Shown piece by piece: positions 19,020 through 21,167 of a DNA stretch of 21,167 nt (position 1 is the stretch's first letter; each line of letters begins with the position of its first letter). Source of the stretch: Octopus sinensis (lineage: Eukaryota); NCBI RefSeq assembly GCF_006345805.1, contig NW_021823791.1, positions 1 through 21,167 of the forward strand, written 5' to 3'. The notes beneath the pieces are model-generated. The model was not told the DNA's origin. It ran no database searches and saw nothing but the letters and a program-made list of their open reading frames with translations. Both the position numbers and the translations under genes were made by a program.

Positions 19020-19580
19020 AAAGATAGGCATCTCCTCTATGTGGAAGCAACTGTCATTACATTTTCCGGTTGAATTTCCAAGGATGACCAACTAAGACTA
19101 TGGATATTGTCCTATCGTTTTGTTCTTTGTCTACCCTTATGTAATTTATAATCCGTTTTCCGATTCCCACCAGCGATATTTTAATCGTGTGTCCGTATCA
19201 CCGAAGCTGTGGCCTCTCAAAACGGAGAAGTAGCGTCTCGACCTGGAGAAACTCCTTGATTCTCCGAGGCACGCATCCAGTTGAGTAATATTACTCCAGA
19301 GATCCTTTCGAGAAACCCCATTTCGGTCACGTGTATTGGCGATCGTATTCTTTCGGCCGTTATACGACATTTATAATCATAATTGAGGATAGCCACATAA
19401 AACCGAATCGAAGATAGCAAGCTTGGCTTTTTAGCCAATCTCTACTCTTCTGAGGATCAAACACTGGAGTTGCTCATTCTTGTGCCAGCATCTGCAATTG
19501 AAACATCCATTTCAACTGCCTGCTTCCAACCACTCGTGGATATGGCTCCGAGATACTTCAACTCAGTGATAATGTTCCAC
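19020..19580 (-). mobile_element. Decayed RTE-clade LINE (Expander/Rex3-like), RT C-terminal region
   Basis: Minus-strand frames ELKYLGAI, AERIRSPIHVTEMGFLERISGV..IKEFLQVETLLLRFERPQLR*YGH and GRQRTK.*DNIHSLSWSSL match Expander-type KYLG, EM.FLRR..G, VEPLLL.IERSQLRWFGH and GRPRTRW.D.I..L.W. Confidence 0.85.
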
Positions 19581-20097
19581 TATTATGCAGAGAGGAAAAG
19601 TCAGAATAATAATAATAACTTTCAGAACGTAAATACAATAATAATTCAAATACGAGAAGTTTGGTTTAGCCATACGCGAGCCATACTACATTATTTATAT
19701 GGTATCTAGAACTCGGTCTTCCATTAGGTTTTTTTTTTTTTTGGGTTTAGTTTTAATCATGTCTGATCTCTAAGAAAATAAGTGCGGTTAAGATATTAGA
19801 TTGATTGTGTCAGTTAGATAAAACCTCTCCTTGTAAAAGATTATTATGATAATTATCAGTGAGAAGTGAATGAATAAAAAAGTTGGCTATATTCTAGTGG
19901 AATAAAAATTACCAAGCCAAATTGTCATGAGATGAAGGAAGCTGCAAGAAATTCCGGTCCCTGCTCCATCCCAGGACACACCAACATCCCAGAATACACC
20001 AATATACGCTTATTTTGTTGATAATTCTAATCTAGTTGATGCCGATCCAAACTATTACTAGTCTCCTGATTCTAATGAACTGTCATAAAATATTTAT

Positions 20098-20117
20098 ATG
20101 CGTGTGTGCGTGCGTTT

Positions 20118-20152
<35 letters not shown>

Positions 20153-20174
20153 AGAGAGTGCTGTGTACGTGTGA

Positions 20175-20214
<40 letters not shown>

Positions 20215-20228
20215 ATATATATATATAA
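20098..20228. repeat. (GT/GC), (GA)n and (TA)n compound microsatellite
   Basis: Direct reading. Confidence 0.94.
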
Positions 20229-20331
20229 TGTCAGGGTTCTTTTAGCACTACTGATAACATGTAACTCACTACATTTTGTTGCATGGTCGGGTGTCCGCGT
20301 CCAGCCGGTCCACAACATACGTGATCCATGA

Positions 20332-20560
20332 GTAAGTTTTAGTAAACAGCTCTATGAAAGTGTTTCGTCTATACAGGGATTTACTGAAAGAAAACACCAA
20401 GACTGGTTTAAAGAAAACGAAGGGCTTGTTACAAAATCATTGGAAGAAATCAAAGAGGCATTTGACAAGTTGCTCTCTTGTTCTATGCTAGGACGTAAAC
20501 AGGATGCGCTAGAGAAAGATTTTATAGGGAGTAAGGCTAAGGTCCAGCACGCACCCTCCC
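20332..20560 (+). mobile_element. Decayed RTE (BovB-like) LINE fragment, endonuclease-RT linker
   Basis: Open frame ...GFTERKHQDWFKENEGLVTKSLEEIKEAF...SKAKVQ contains the RTE signature RKHQDWF.EN (20389-20418). Confidence 0.72.
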
Positions 20561-20888
20561 TCCGCACATACACACACGCACATATACGCGCGCGTGTGTA
20601 AGCATGCTGCATTTGATAACAACCCAATGCAATCCGAGACGGTTGCCGGAAGCAATATGAAACGTTAATGCAAAAGGGTTTTACTTGGCAATTTGTATGG
20701 ATACAAGTGAACCCTGCACCGCACCATCCTCTACAGGAAGTGTAAAGAAGAATATAGTCAAATGTATTATAGCGTGGCAAGGAGGAAAAAAATTGTTGTA
20801 TGAGTTTGACGTAAAGAAGAAACGTTTGACGTTTGGGACTTCATTTGTAGTTCATCAGAAGAGGAACTACAGAATCAGTGAGAGGTAA

Positions 20889-21167
20889 AGGGAGACAGAG
20901 AGAGAGAGAGGAGCGAGAGAGAGAGAGAGAAAAGACCAAACAATAAACAAGCACAAACAAACAAAGGATGAATTGAAGAAAGCAAGAGAGGATGAAAGAA
21001 GAAAGAAAGAAGAAAGAAGAAGAAAGAAAGAAAGAAAGAAAGAAAGAATACAGGAAGAAGAAAGATAGAAGGAAGAAAGAAAGAAAGAAAGAAGAACGAA
21101 AGAAAGAAAGAAAGAAAGAAGAAAGAAAGAAAGAAAGAAAGAAGAAAGAAAGAAAGAAAGAAAGAAA
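20889..21167. repeat. Polypurine tract (GA)n/(GAAA)n/(GAA)n, running off the window end
   Basis: Direct reading; nearly pure purine from about 20985. Confidence 0.97.

Overview
AT-rich, repeat-saturated eukaryotic non-coding DNA (intronic or intergenic). It is most likely from a coleoid cephalopod such as Octopus; this is inferred from the tRNA-derived SINE families and the extreme microsatellite load, not from a database hit. No intact protein-coding gene is evident, and nearly all ORFs in the track are microsatellite or SINE artefacts. The window holds at least four tRNA-derived SINE families in many copies and three distinct mariner-derived non-autonomous elements (one family twice, in opposite orientation, with TA TSDs). 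It also holds decayed RTE-clade LINE fragments (one interrupted by a mariner) and the 3' part of a restriction-like-endonuclease (R4/Dong-type) LINE that carries a copy of its own 3' end. A ~180-bp dispersed element, present three times, contains a 36-nt minimal Penelope-type hammerhead ribozyme motif, and a decayed tandem pair of a second hammerhead-like family is also present. A few unique segments could be minus-strand host exons, but this is unconfirmed.
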